Source: Histomonas meleagridis 2922-C6/04-290x (lineage: Eukaryota; Protista; Parabasalia). From it: DNA of 64,000 bases. The stretch spans positions 434,001 to 498,000 of the forward strand of contig JAANOX010000258.1 in NCBI GenBank assembly GCA_020184695.1. The letters are read 5' to 3'. Every line of letters starts with the position of its first letter. The stretch's first letter is position 1. Positions 32,201 to 45,314 of this stretch are shown here, piece by piece. The notes below the pieces were generated by a model. It was not told where the DNA came from. It ran no database searches and worked only from the letters and a program-made list of their open reading frames with translations. The translations under genes and the position numbers were made by a program.

Positions 32201-33626
32201 CATGAATGATTTCTAATGTTTTCTCTTGACCAAATGCATACATCAAGTTTGCAAATAATGTTAAAAGTAGTTTATCACCCTTCTCACTATAAGTAAGAAT
32301 GCCATTTTGATGTGTTACAAATGACCATGAATCAGATGTTGTTGCAGTCATTGTACCATCGCCTTTAGGTTTACGTGTAGAACTAATTGGTGTATAAAGT
32401 GAATATATAATTATTGCATAAATATTGTTTGTTACTTCATCAGATTTATCGAATCCCCAGTCTTGAAAATGATGACCATATTCATGAATCATTCCCCAAC
32501 ATCCTTTTCGTTGTGATTGATGGCTTACTATTGAACTTGCCCAATGATTTGGTGCATGAATATTATTTCCTCCAATTGTTGCATATGCTTCGCCTAAACT
32601 AACATATGAATCCACGTACCAATAGTTTGGATTCTTAACTCTTCCATCACTTCGGCGATCATTATTTGCAATTTCTCCTGCGCTATATGTGATTACACTC
32701 ATGCCACGTAAGAAGGCCATGGCATCATTTAATTGTACTGTGTTACGTACTAATGATGACGAAAGTTGAACATGAATTGCACCTGTATCTAAAAATGCAT
32801 AAGCACCTGGATATTGTCTTATTTGTTCTTCCCACTCTTCATCTGATGTAACGCCATAAACAAAATGTGGAGCTAAAACTACACCTGAAATATTCATTTC
32901 AAAATTATTTTGAAATTTGTCAATATTAAAGGTAAATATAAGATTTCCTCCAAGTGGCCAACCAAATTTTGTTATACGGCCTGTAGTAGGTTTGAGATCT
33001 GTAGTACACCTTAAAGAAGGATAACGGTCAATTACTTGTGATGCTGAAACTTTTACATCTTCTGCATGTGTGTTAACTGAAAGTTTGACTGCGTTTGCAT
33101 GGCCTTCTGGAAGTTCAATTGTAATTAACTCGCCTGGTGGTACATATAAAGCTGTAGTATGTTGACTAGCATATCTTGGATTGAAAATGTAACGAACTTT
33201 GTAACGTGGTGCTTTGTCAATTGCGTCTTTATCTCCGATTAAATTTTGAATTCCAACAGGATGGGCATAAAGATCATCTTGTGTAAGATCTGGTGAATTC
33301 CTACAGAAGTCTTCTTTCATTGCTGTTGCTTCTTGCTGACAGCGTTCTTGTTCTGATGGATAATGACCTGGATAACCATATTGATGGTCTAAAATTTTTG
33401 GATATTTATCAGGATATAAATTACGGAGTAATGAAAATGGTTTTACATTTGCGGGCTTTGTAACTTCTTCAAGAATTTCATAACTATCAAATTCTTGTGC
33501 TTGAACAGTGTCTGTGCCTGGATAACCAAAAGCCGATTTAGTGTAGCATTGGCTATGCACAAAAAAGATAGCAAGTAACGAAAAGAATGCAATCATAATT
33601 CTGTATCTTCTTGGAACTGACTTCAT
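29205..33626 (-). CDS. M60-like/enhancin-family (PF13402-type) zinc metallopeptidase, type I surface protein with PA14-like module and S/T/E-rich stalk
   Basis: TALYVPPGELITI and APHFVYG motifs; gluzincin WGMIHEYGHHFQ...EVTNN; PA14-like FVPPQSGTYVFY...HDEEA; mucin-like stalk; TM GAIAGIAIGVVAGVAAIVVVSIIVV. Confidence 0.85.
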   Translation of the reverse strand: MKSVPRRYRIMIAFFSLLAIFFVHSQCYTKSAFGYPGTDTVQAQEFDSYEILEEVTKPANVKPFSLLRNLYPDKYPKILDHQYGYPGHYPSEQERCQQEATAMKEDFCRNSPDLTQDDLYAHPVGIQNLIGDKDAIDKAPRYKVRYIFNPRYASQHTTALYVPPGELITIELPEGHANAVKLSVNTHAEDVKVSASQVIDRYPSLRCTTDLKPTTGRITKFGWPLGGNLIFTFNIDKFQNNFEMNISGVVLAPHFVYGVTSDEEWEEQIRQYPGAYAFLDTGAIHVQLSSSLVRNTVQLNDAMAFLRGMSVITYSAGEIANNDRRSDGRVKNPNYWYVDSYVSLGEAYATIGGNNIHAPNHWASSIVSHQSQRKGCWGMIHEYGHHFQDWGFDKSDEVTNNIYAIIIYSLYTPISSTRKPKGDGTMTATTSDSWSFVTHQNGILTYSEKGDKLLLTLFANLMYAFGQEKTLEIIHASRYNTYYTYKDNDPSSYTRPARYFFTACKVLQRNLIPYFTSYADKIPRAKIEDTSIYKPEAIEELKKQNYKEFHPVALVYQCGYLIDGVETETARPYQVPAGHTTRLYFIRDMLTRAKYGMHDFEFVKYYGGENATFTEVEEGTYDYTPKDKLLNKFYVVYRDKENKEETICVVKIQPVVQYGETLEYHKVSFTANDLSKTFSTIQGKEPSSTYATEGIVINNIKETSKLPWLCINKGKFVPPQSGTYVFYMKHDEEAAFYISENELSGNPTDDEQYKVLSLNQWHTNYDKNCPSSDVPLEKGKEYYYQFVMQNQNGDGGGSVGYRIKDSTGKFLTDNVNEISKDMLILNGYSSKDIIDFVPNIPTFKWNFGYKGTNGVVPLPDNFTFSKYPKLLNGENINKSVNGGKCDQCRTRAVTEIPFPQEFEIDFNGTISFNEIVLGTNQGNFKMNSTIELRCDNSQIYFGHYYSMDDQIKFDQSYTCSKLQWITYNNTEKWLNGNAGGTSIRKIEFKQSALCDHIIPITHSKINIKDLYVQRAGIYYNGKGYIAKDKGEISFKFTKTSNIGIIGDLYEFGGNAKVYLDDQEIGKFDTSKLSEAQKQSRVNGKYTRLYMTVLFVKNRIDKEKEHVLKITDFKGEVGIAGFIADDEVELLGEGTVVPPEPEPETTETTTETSEKESETTQTETTSEEAATSSDVSSEETQTTSQEETDVTSESTHEESSQTTTESEEETSTTSDITTSEETTITSEVETSTSSEVSSEETQTTSEEMTVVTSSDISSEVSSEETQTTSEEMTVVTSSDISSEVSSEETQTTSEEMTVVTSSDISSEVSSEETQITTEEATGTSSEEAKITSDISSDITSDTSSEVSSEETQITSEEVTIITSTEISSEETKITSEEAADTSSEAKITSDVSHTDTAVASDTTSEVDTPSEDTTHDFDNSNSDSNGENSNSLGSGAIAGIAIGVVAGVAAIVVVSIIVVKKKMSKASMTSIPDV
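29695..29930 (-). repeat. 72-nt (24-aa) coding tandem repeat x3 within the M60-like stalk
   Basis: VSSEETQTTSEEMTVVTSSDISSE repeated three times, flanked by degenerate copies. Confidence 0.88.
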
Positions 33627-33690
33627 ATTTTTGACCCCTTATCAAAAATGTTCGAATTTGAACGCAATTACAATACAAAATTGTTAATTT

Positions 33691-33740
33691 ACCAGGTTTT
33701 TGAATGTATATCGTTAATGATGGCATTTCAAAAACCTGGT
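33691..33740. repeat. Inverted repeat / stem-loop with 14-bp perfect arms
   Basis: ACCAGGTTTTTGAA (33691-33704) ... TTCAAAAACCTGGT (33727-33740), ~65 nt upstream of the M60-like ATG. Confidence 0.85.
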
Positions 33741-33989
33741 GACATTCAAATCTCGTTGTAACGACTTTAAATCCATTGAAAATTGGTGAGCGATTTATAT
33801 TTATTCAAATAACCGCCTTCATCCAGAAACCCAATTTTTCAGTTGATTTGACTTCGAGAAAATTTTTGAGATGAATTTATTTTGAACATTATGAAGAAAA
33901 TAAGATCATTTGATAAGAGTAATCAAATCAAATCATCTATTTGATGTATTTGGGCGATTTCTTTAATTCACATACATGTTGTATATCTT

Positions 33990-34215
33990 ATTCTCTTGAA
34001 GCTATGATTGGAAACATAAAATTCTTGAACCAAGCATTGCAAAAAAAACTACCAGAGTGAGCATTTTGTACATTATATGTTTAAATATAAATTAGCAATT
34101 CATTCAAAGAAATTTGATTTTGTAAGAGCCTTACCAAATCATGAAGAACTTTCAAAGAATAATTGGCAACTTTATAAAAAACTAATTAAAGCAGGACATA
34201 ATTCCAAAATTGAGT
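33990..34215 (+). pseudogene. Decayed N-terminal fragment of another DUF3447-type ankyrin gene
   Basis: EELSKNNWQLYKKLIKAGHNS parallels EELTKNDFKLHKKYVKEGVNP in the intact family members; flanking frames are broken. Confidence 0.55.
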
Positions 34216-34261
34216 GAGTGACGATCACTGCTCATTCAAAAAGTCCTACATATATCTGTTC

Positions 34262-36125
34262 TTAGTTAAATTTTTTCCCCGAAGTAAATTTTTTTTGACC
34301 ACAAAGTAATTTAACTATTCCTGTGTGACCACTTTTAGATGATAATATAAGTGCTGTCCAAAATATTTGAGATAATTTCAAAATATTATTTTAAAATATA
34401 AAATCATTAAAATAAATTCTAAATAAAATAAATAAATATCTTTAGCATTAATATCAATACCTTCTTGTTTAAGAAGTAATTGAACTATTTCTATATGACC
34501 ATTTGAAGACGCTAAAATAAGTGCTGTATAAAATAACGTAAATAATTCCCAAAAATTATTTTGAAATATCAAATAATTAAAACAAACACAAAATAAAACA
34601 AATAAATAGTTTTATCATTAATATCAAATCCTTTTTGTTCAAGAAGTAATTTCACTATTTCTATATAATTATATTTAGTTGCATACATGAGTGCTGTTTT
34701 AAATAATTTAAATAATTTCCAAATATTATTTTGAAATATCAAATTATTAAAATAAATTTTATCTTTAGCATTAATATCAATACCTTCATGTTCAAGAAGT
34801 AATTTAACTGTTTCTGTATGACCATTCGAAGATGCCCATATAAGTGCTGTATTAAATAATTTAAACAATTTTCAATTATGATTTTGAAATATAAAATTTT
34901 TTAAATAAATATTAAATAAAACAAATAAATATCTTTAGCATTAATATCAATTCCTTTTTGTTTTATTAAAAATTCAACAAGTTCTACATAATTAAATGTT
35001 ATTACAGAAAGCAAAATATCTTTTGGTATTTGATTTTTCTTCAAAAAAAAATTAACAAGAAAAATATTTCCATATGATGCTGCTTCTTTAATGATATTTT
35101 CAGTTATTTTCATCCCTTTGTATTCTAAAAGCGATAGTATCTCAAAATTGCAAAAACAAATTGCTTTCTTTCCCAATTCTTCGATATCATCAATTTTAAT
35201 AATTTTATTTTCATAAAGATATTCAAAGACATCATTTCTACGGAATTCAATTGCAGTTTCATATGCATCTTCAAATGACGAATGATTTTGTTCACATAAA
35301 TGAATAATTTCTTCATTTCCACCTGCAACTGCATATTTACCTGTGTTTTCTACTTTTGCACCATTCACAAGTAAATATTTAAAACATTTTATAGAAGAAA
35401 AAAATGCTGCATAATCAATTAATGAAACATTTCTTTGATTAATAAAATCACATCTTTCATAAAGTGATGGTTCAATTATTTGATTAAAATCAAAATTTGA
35501 TTGTGATGATATTTCTTGAAGTTTTTCTATTTCATCATTTCGAATGATTTTTGCAATTTCATTCGGATTGACTCCTTCTTTAACATATTTCTTATGAAGT
35601 TTAAAATCATTCTTTGTAAGTTCTTCATAATTTTGAAAAACTGTGAAGCAATATCTAAATTTGTGTAATGATAAATTTCATCTTTTTGTCATAAAGTGAG
35701 CAAAATATAATGTATTTTTTGGAAAGTTTGAATCAATTAATTTATCTTCAATCATTTTTTCTAAAATGTAGTATGATTCTTGTGAATAAGAGTTTTCTAT
35801 AAGAAGAAATTCTTTGAATCCTTTGATAATTTGATATTTACTTTTTAATAATTCCTCTTCTTTTGTTTCAAGATTTTTTAAATAATTTATATACAAGCAT
35901 GGATCTCGCTTAGGTAGAAAACAGTGTGAAAATATTATTTGATAAATCAGAAGATGAAAAGAATTAGGAAAAGTTTTCATCAAAAATTCAAGAGTTGAAA
36001 TAACTAAGTTTTTCAATATTTTCATAATTTAATTTTTGATATTATATGTTCTACCGATTGATAAATATTTTGATTCTCTTCATATTGTTTTTTTATTGGA
36101 TAATTCCATTTGAAAAATAAACCAT
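34262..36125 (-). CDS. Copy 2 of the DUF3447-type ankyrin gene; 3 shared modules plus one different terminal module
   Basis: Mirror of 6968-8708 with spacers 34851-34930 (80), 34698-34760 (63), 34528-34607 (80) and 34358-34437 (80), then TALILSSKSGHTGIVKLLC...TAA; several indels in the 5' half. Confidence 0.75.
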
Positions 36126-36421
36126 ATAACCGTTTTTTTGAGTCATCGACCGTTTATATTGATTATACAAAAAAATTGACGGAGGTTAAGAATACCGATC
36201 AAAAATCCACATAAAAATACAGGATGCTTTTAAAATTTCAAAGAAACGATAATCATACTTTCATAATAAACCATTGAACATTATTCCATTTAGTTTTACT
36301 GTAATATGAAGTAAATTCAATGCCAACAAATTCTGTTAAAGAAATAGGAAATGCACTTTTAAGGGAACTGATTCAATTATTGTCAAAGCAATTTCAAACT
36401 TTGAGAAACTTCAAATGATTG

Positions 36422-37555
36422 ATGAAAAGTGAAGTGACATGGGGCACCCTGTTTCGAATAAACGTACAAATATTTTTCATGTGCACAATTTTAAGCGCTG
36501 GAAATACAGATAATTATCGTTTATGTCGACCTGGTTCAGAAATGCTAGCTGAAATTCCAAATGCACCAAAAGATATAATTATGTTTTCAAGTGGAATGTG
36601 TCATAACCTTTTTTACACGAAATCTAAAATTTGGTATGGTTGTGGTAGTAATGAATGTGGCGAATTATGTGAATCAAGTGGTAAAGATTTGAAAGAATTA
36701 ACAGAACTTAAAGGACTTGAAGGATTTGAAGCAAAATATTTTGTTTGTGGTTCAAATTATTCAGCCATTATAACTTTAGATGGTTCATTATATGTTATGG
36801 GTGAAACATATTCAACAGAACCTACAAAACTTCCTATAAATCAAAAAATTACGTTTGTTTCAGGAGGATGGAATTCATTAATAGCAATTCCAGAAGGTTT
36901 AGGTATTTATTATTGTATTGATGGAGATCAAAATATTCAATTTGCATGTCCTACTATTAAATTTATAGATTGTGGAGTTGGAATGAGTCATTTTGTCTCA
37001 CTTACTAATGAAGGAGAAGTTTATACGTGGGGCGAAGGTAATGCATGTGGACAAGGCGATGATTTTTATAGTTCACTTCCAACTAAAGTCAACTTAACAG
37101 AAGATGTTAAAATTTCACGTGTATTTGCATCGACATATAATACATTTCTAGTTGATGAAAATAATTTTATTTGGGTCACAGGTTATAATGATGATGGAAT
37201 GGGAGGACTTGGCGAAATAGAAAAAACATCGAATTTTATTAAATTGAAACAATTTACACATAATAAAATTGTTCAAATTTGTGGTGGACGTTATATGAAT
37301 TATGTATTAACTAACAAAGGGGAATTATTTTCTAGTGGAAATGGGGAAGATTATAAATTACTTCAAGAAGATGATAATAATTATAATGAATTTCATGCAT
37401 GTCAACTTACGAAAGACAAAAACGTATGTTATATTTCGTCTGGTTCAGAACATATTATCATTGGAATTAATATGAACGACGAAATGATAAATGACATCAA
37501 CGACAAAAGAGAGAAATCGAATAATTTGTCGTCAAAGTGCTGTAATTTATTATAA
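36422..37555 (+). CDS. RCC1/BLIP-II repeat protein, copy 2 (intact)
   Basis: Intact ~377-aa ORF with WYGCGSNECGEL, NYSAIITLDGSLYVMG and SHFVSLTNEGEVYTWG repeats. Confidence 0.85.
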   Translation: MKSEVTWGTLFRINVQIFFMCTILSAGNTDNYRLCRPGSEMLAEIPNAPKDIIMFSSGMCHNLFYTKSKIWYGCGSNECGELCESSGKDLKELTELKGLEGFEAKYFVCGSNYSAIITLDGSLYVMGETYSTEPTKLPINQKITFVSGGWNSLIAIPEGLGIYYCIDGDQNIQFACPTIKFIDCGVGMSHFVSLTNEGEVYTWGEGNACGQGDDFYSSLPTKVNLTEDVKISRVFASTYNTFLVDENNFIWVTGYNDDGMGGLGEIEKTSNFIKLKQFTHNKIVQICGGRYMNYVLTNKGELFSSGNGEDYKLLQEDDNNYNEFHACQLTKDKNVCYISSGSEHIIIGINMNDEMINDINDKREKSNNLSSKCCNLL

Positions 37556-37563
37556 AAAATTCT

Positions 37564-39013
<1,450 letters not shown>

Positions 39014-39356
39014 TTAATTTTGACTAGCTTTAGTTGAAGCAAAAAGTGGCAATTGGCTGGTGATAAGCTTTTTGTTTTTCGTGAGCACAGGTGTCATAAC
39101 CAGCTATCTCAATGAGAACTCATGGCTGGATTTCATTCGTGATTTCTACAATTAAGTTCTCAAAAAAATTTTTTTATTAATTTTAAAATCTTCAATCATA
39201 ATTTTTGTTTCTTTTTTCTTTAAAAAATGTGTTTCTATCTGTTTAATTACTTTAAGTTTAATTGTCTAACTGAGTTATCACAAGTTTAAAGTTATTTTTG
39301 ATTTAAAAATTTACAAATTAAATCTAATTGATACAATTTATTTCATGTTACATTGT

Positions 39357-42300
39357 TCAAGTCCAATTTTGTTGGTGCTCGCGTATCATTGTCTCCAACA
39401 TATCACTGTATGTTTCGAGTTCGTTCACTTCTTCTTCTCTTTCGATCGAAGTTTTCATTTTTTCTTTCAGTTCGTTTGCGATGTTTTGTCTTTTGCTTGC
39501 GTTTTTGTGCGCTGTACACTTCTGCGCTCTGTACTGCGCTCTCTGTTTCCTTCGCGAGTTCTTTCCACTTCTGAACTCTTCGCTCCAAATTCATTTTATC
39601 CATAACCATCGATTTATATTTCGTCGATATTTCTGAATTTTGTATTTTGCGTAATTTCCTTCGTTTGGCGTCGAGTGACTTCTTCATTGTCATCGCGTTC
39701 GCGTTCGTTATTTCGTTTTTTTGCTTCTGCAAACTTTAACATCTTCGATGAGCTGCATCACTTCAGGACGATATCTGTTCCGCGCATCGCTCAGCTGAAG
39801 CTCCGTTTCGTTTTTCATGTTTTTCATGCTCGCGAGCTGCCGCCTGACGTTGTCGCGCTTCGCATTAACTTTGTCGAGTTCCATTTGCTTCATGCGAATG
39901 CGTTCGTTCATTTCTTTAACTTTGTTCTCACATTCGTTCGTAACTTCTTTCTCGCGGCGCTCTGCATAATCTTCTTTCCGAAGCTCTTTCGCAACATTTC
40001 CAATTTCAGTACGAAGAAGTGTTATTCGTTCACTTTTACGTTCGTTTTTCATGTTGCGTTTCTTCAATTTGTTTATGGAGTGACACAATGTCTGAGTGCA
40101 TGGCATTGACTGACGTGCGAAGTTCTTCTGCATGAACGCGTTCTGCTTCTTGATCGTGAATAAGCGTTTGCTGATAACGAATTGTTTCGCCTGTGACTTC
40201 TGTTTGCGTTGATGAATTACTGTAATTGTATTGTTTGAGTTTGAAGACTTCAATCGGATTTGGAACTGCAGAAATTGTCGTGCGGAAAACTTTCGACATT
40301 TGAAGTGTTACATGCGAATTCGGATGCTGGATATTATTACGAAGTGTTTCGTTGCGCTGTTTGAGCTCTTTGTACATTTTCATGCGCTCATTCGTTTGCT
40401 TCTGCACTTGCGAAAGTTGACTTATAAGTTCTTCTTTGCTGATTTGCTCTTTTTCTTCGCGAAGTTTTGGTATTAACTGCGAAAGTGACTGATTCTTACT
40501 GCGAACAAATGCTTCGCCGTCCGATGAATCAGACGAATACTCAGTGGAAACATTCGAAGTAATTTGCTTTGTGCTTAAATTGTTTCGCTTGCTTTTATTT
40601 GCTAATTCGTTGGATTTTTTATCGTCATTTGTTTGTAATACTTCGCTATGAACTGTTTCATAATTTGATAATTTTTTACTGTTTTGTTTACTACTATTGT
40701 TATGATTTGAATTTTGTTTACTGTTTTTATGTGAATTGCGATTTATTTCATTGGAATTAGTACTACTGTCTGAAGATATTTGCTTGGAAACATTTGTATT
40801 GTTATTTTCTTTTGTTGACTTTATTTGATTTCTATTGTATTTATTATTGTCATTTTCTTTTGGATTTTTTCTGTTTTTATTTTCATGTGATTTAATTTCG
40901 CGGTTTAATTCGTTTGAATCACTTTCTGTTGAATTTCGATTAATAATTTTTTTGATTTATTATTTTCTTTTGATTCTTTTTGTACACTTTTATCATATTT
41001 GTGATCACTTATACTTTTTGTTGAATTTTTTCTAATTTTTTTTTCATCTGATTCAGATTCGCGTTTTGTACTTGAATCACTGTCTGATGAATTTCTATTT
41101 GAAATTTTTGTTTTGCTATTTCCTTTTGATTCTTTTTTTTTTTTTTTATCATATTTGTGATCATTTATACTTTTTTTTTGATTTTTTTCTGATTTTGTTT
41201 TCATCTGATTCAGATTTGATTTCGTGTTTTGTTTCACTTGAATCACTTGCTGATGAATTTCTATTCGTAATTTTTGTTTTGTTATTTAATTTTGTTGAAT
41301 TTATTTTCTTTTTATTATTTATATTTTCGTTATATTTTTCTTTTTCATTTTTATCGTTTAATATTTCTTCATCGCTATGAATTCGTTTTCCATTTTTTGA
41401 TGAAAATTTTTGTCTGTTTTCATTATGTAACTTTGATTTTACTGCTTCAGAATCACTCATTTCATTATTTGCATTCATAACTTTTCGCTTTGGTTTTGTT
41501 TCATTTGATTCTGATTCATTGTATTCACTTTCGCTTTCGTTGATGTTCCTGATTTTCGAATTTTGATTTTTTACTTTTTCACTTTTAATTTCATTGCTTT
41601 GTTTCATATTTTTTAGTTTTTTATCTTTGTTAATTGATTCGATTTCTTCATCTGATGAATTAATCGCCTGTTTGCTACGTATATATTCATTATCACTTTC
41701 GTACTCGTACTCATATTCATATTCTTGTTCGTTATCACTATCAAACATAACTTTACTATGTCGAATGAGAACTGTTTCGTTTCCTTTTTTCTTTTCTTTA
41801 TATTTATATTCATTATTTGTTCCAATTTCGCGTCTTGTGATAATTCGTTTTCCTGTTAATGGGTCAACGCTTTCTGTGTCTTCGTATGTAATTCCTTTAC
41901 TACTTTCAACAATGTGAACACGAACGAATTCATTCGAATTTCGATCATTTACATCTTCAAATTCATTTATATAAATTGGTTCCATTTCATTCATTTGCAC
42001 AGGCACGCGCCTTCTGCTTCGTATTGTTTCGCCGTCTGAGAGCTCGTCGTAGCCGTACTCGTATTCGTACTCTTCGCCTTCTTCATTACGAACGCGACTT
42101 CTTCGCGAAAGAACTTTTTCGCCTGTTTCGCGACTCTTTTTGCATTTGTAAAGTAAACTGAAATTATTTGTTGAAGAAGTTCGATGTGTTACATTTTGCT
42201 GTTTAGTTTCGGATGTTTCGTTATGTTTATTATTTTCTTTCGTAAGTTCTTTTTCATAAATTTGTTTTCGATTTTGTATATTTTCATTTGGAAATGTTTT

Positions 42301-43146
42301 CGAATAATTTCGTTTCATTTCTTTATTATGTTGTGATTTCATTTGTTTATCTGTAACATCGCTGTTCTTTCTTTCGTTTGAAGTTATTTTTTTATTCGTT
42401 TTAATTTTATCATTTAAAGTGGAATTGCAATGTGTTAAATTTTCATTAGAATTAATTTGAAAAGTGTTTTGTTGACTTTTGTTACTTATATTCATATTAT
42501 GTGATGAAGAATGTGGAAGTGTGCGCGCATGCGAAACATGATCAGTGCCAAGCCACCCAAACTTACGAATTGAAAGCTCACGCATCATGTTTATGTCAAG
42601 ATCGAAGTCAGAAATGTTTTTGTTGTGAAGTAAATCAAGAAGAAGTGAAATTTGTTGTTGAAGATCTGAATTACTATTGTAAAGAAATTGAACTTTCTCT
42701 TGGACAATATGAAGGGCGCAATCGAGCATTGAGAACTTTGGTTTCCCAACAATGTGTTTCAGTTTTTCAAGACTTGAAGAAGAAGACGAATGAATTTTTT
42801 GGAAATTTCGAAGTTTTTTCAAATAAGGTGAAAATTCACTATCCGAAAGAAGTGCTTCTTTACAATTATTTGCTTGCTTTGTAAATTGATCTGCTTCTTC
42901 TTCAAGTGATTTAATTTGTGATTGCTTTTCTTCAAGTTTTTCTTCTAAATTAATTAGTTCTTGATCTAAATGATATAAATCAATCCCAAGTGTTGAATTA
43001 TAATTTGAAATTTCTTTTAATTGTTGTGCAAGTTCTTGACTTTGAATACCAATTTCAATGTTTTTATTTTGTAATGAAATAACTTCATTAGAAAGCATTT
43101 GAATTTCATTATTTGCAGTAGAATCACTTGAATTCACATTTTCCAT
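39357..43146 (-). CDS. Coiled-coil low-complexity protein, copy 2 (multiple homopolymer frameshifts)
   Basis: Mirror of 1-3734; ATG at 43146, TGA at 39359-39357; ORF pieces 41161-43146, 40036-40407 and 39403-39732. Confidence 0.78.
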
Positions 43147-43739
43147 AAAAATAAGAAAAAGTACGTTATTAAATAACGTATTTTACATATGTAGAAAATG
43201 ACTTGCAAATTCAATAAAAAAACAATTATTGGTTTGTTGAGAGAATGAAAATATGAAAGCCTTGTAGAAAAAAAGAGTAATATGGAATTTATTTAATGCA
43301 ACTATATAAAATTTCGTTAATCTTGAAATTAAATTATTTATAAAATTGGTGAGTATATGAACGAAACCAAAATTCTCAAAATGCATTAATGACATACTCA
43401 TGTTATTGTCATTTATGTAATAGTTTTTGTTATTTTTAAACTCTTGGAAATCTTAGGATGAACAACACAAAGCCTTCTATATGAAAATAACTTTTTTCTG
43501 GGGAAAACAGTTTTTGACCATTTAAATATACCCATTTTTACCTTTTATTCGTACAAACGATAGGGTTTGAATCAAACATAGTTTGTTATTATTTGTGAAT
43601 AAAATGATCGGCAGGAAATTGAATGCATTGAATATTTTCCCACAAATCCAAAAAATCAGATCAAAATAAACTGAAATAATTGAATTCGTTTTTGACCATT
43701 GAAATGTATTCAAATTTTATTTTGTTGTAATATAACAAA

Positions 43740-44859
43740 ATTTACACAAGATTTAGAATCTATTGAAGAAATTATATTTAATTTAAGGGAAGATAATATT
43801 ATATGATCTATTAATACAACCATTGTTTTGATAAAAAAATAATAATATATCGTCTTATGCAAACTTGATTATCAGTCGACTGATATACTCAGCTTTTCTT
43901 TCACAGGGAAGAGATTTTAATTTATATATTAATTTCATGAAACAAATTGAAATCAAAGAAAAAGAATATAATGAATTGATTAATAGGTTTGCAGATTTTC
44001 TTCTTGCTATAGGCTCAAAGGAATCAATTTTTATTCTCGAAAAAACGATTGAATTGAATTTGATTTCATCAAAATTAGTTGAGAATAAAAATATATTTTA
44101 TTTCGCACATCATTTTCCAAACAAATCATTGAGTTAATATGGTTCATATGAGAGTAAAAATTATGAAGAACTTTCAAAGAATGATTGGGAACTTCATAAA
44201 AAATTAATCAAAGAAGGAGTTAATTCAAATGAAACACCAAAAATCATTCGAAATGATGAAATCGAAAAACTTCAAGAAATATCATCACAAAATAATTTTG
44301 ATTTTAATCAAACAATTGAACCATCACTTTATGAAAAATGTTCTTTTATTAATCAATATAACATTTCATTAATTGATTATGCAATATATTCTTCTGCAGT
44401 TAAATGTTTTAAATATTTACTTATGAATGGAGCGAATGTTAAAAACACAGGTAAATATGCAGTTGCAGGTGGAAATGAAGAAATAATTCATTTATGTGAA
44501 CAAAATCATTCAACATTTGAAGATGCATATAAAACAACAATTGAATTTCATCGAAACGATATCTTTAAATATCTTTATGAAAATAAAATCGAAAAAATTA
44601 AAAATTCCAATGAACTTATAAAAATATTTTTATCTAATAAATTTATTAATTTTAAAATATTTTATTTTTTACTTGAATAAAAAATAATTAAATTTAATGA
44701 TATTTATAAAGATATTTATCTATTATATACAAAATTAATTGTAATAACTTGATATTTTGAAATAATATTTGTAAATTATTTGATACAGCTCTTGATATTA
44801 CATCTAGAAATAGTAATACAGAAATTATTAATTTACTTTATGGGAAAAGTAATATGTAA
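43740..44859 (+). pseudogene. Degraded DUF3447-type ankyrin gene with one 71-nt spacer and one decayed module
   Basis: Fragments 43865-44137 and 44423-44680 (KYAVAGGNEEIIHLCEQ); in-frame stop; KD-[44714-44784]-TALDITSRNSNTEIINLL. Confidence 0.7.
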
Positions 44860-45314
44860 AATGGATTCAATATACATAAAGATATTAAATATTTTCTTTA
44901 TTCTTTCATTTCCAAAAGTTAACTTAACAAAAATTATTCTTTAATAAAAGTTATATTTTCACTACTTGATATTTGAAAAGTATTTTTTTTTTTTTTGTAT
45001 ATTAAATTTCAATTGTTTTTGAAATGATATAACAATATCTACATATACAGGCAAGAATCACATATTTTGTTTGATTTGCAAGCTAAATAATAAATTATAA
45101 TATATATGTATAATAGTATGTTTGTTTTAATTTGTATATCAGAGGTGGAATTGATATAAAATTAATATCAACTCTTTAACAAAACTTTAATTCTACAAAA
45201 TCATCTTAAATTATTATATATTAATAAAACATAAGGACGATATTGCAATGAAAATTGTTTTACTTTTATAATAATTTTTTTACCAATTAAAGAATTAAAT
45301 TTCTATCTTTTTAT

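Noticed and set aside
41135-41150. Long poly(T)/poly(A) runs (also ~48836-48857 and ~62663-62679) as retroposition scars or poly-Lys tracts
   Set aside because: The duplicate copy shows mixed sequence at the first site, indicating base-calling collapse; no target-site duplications were seen.
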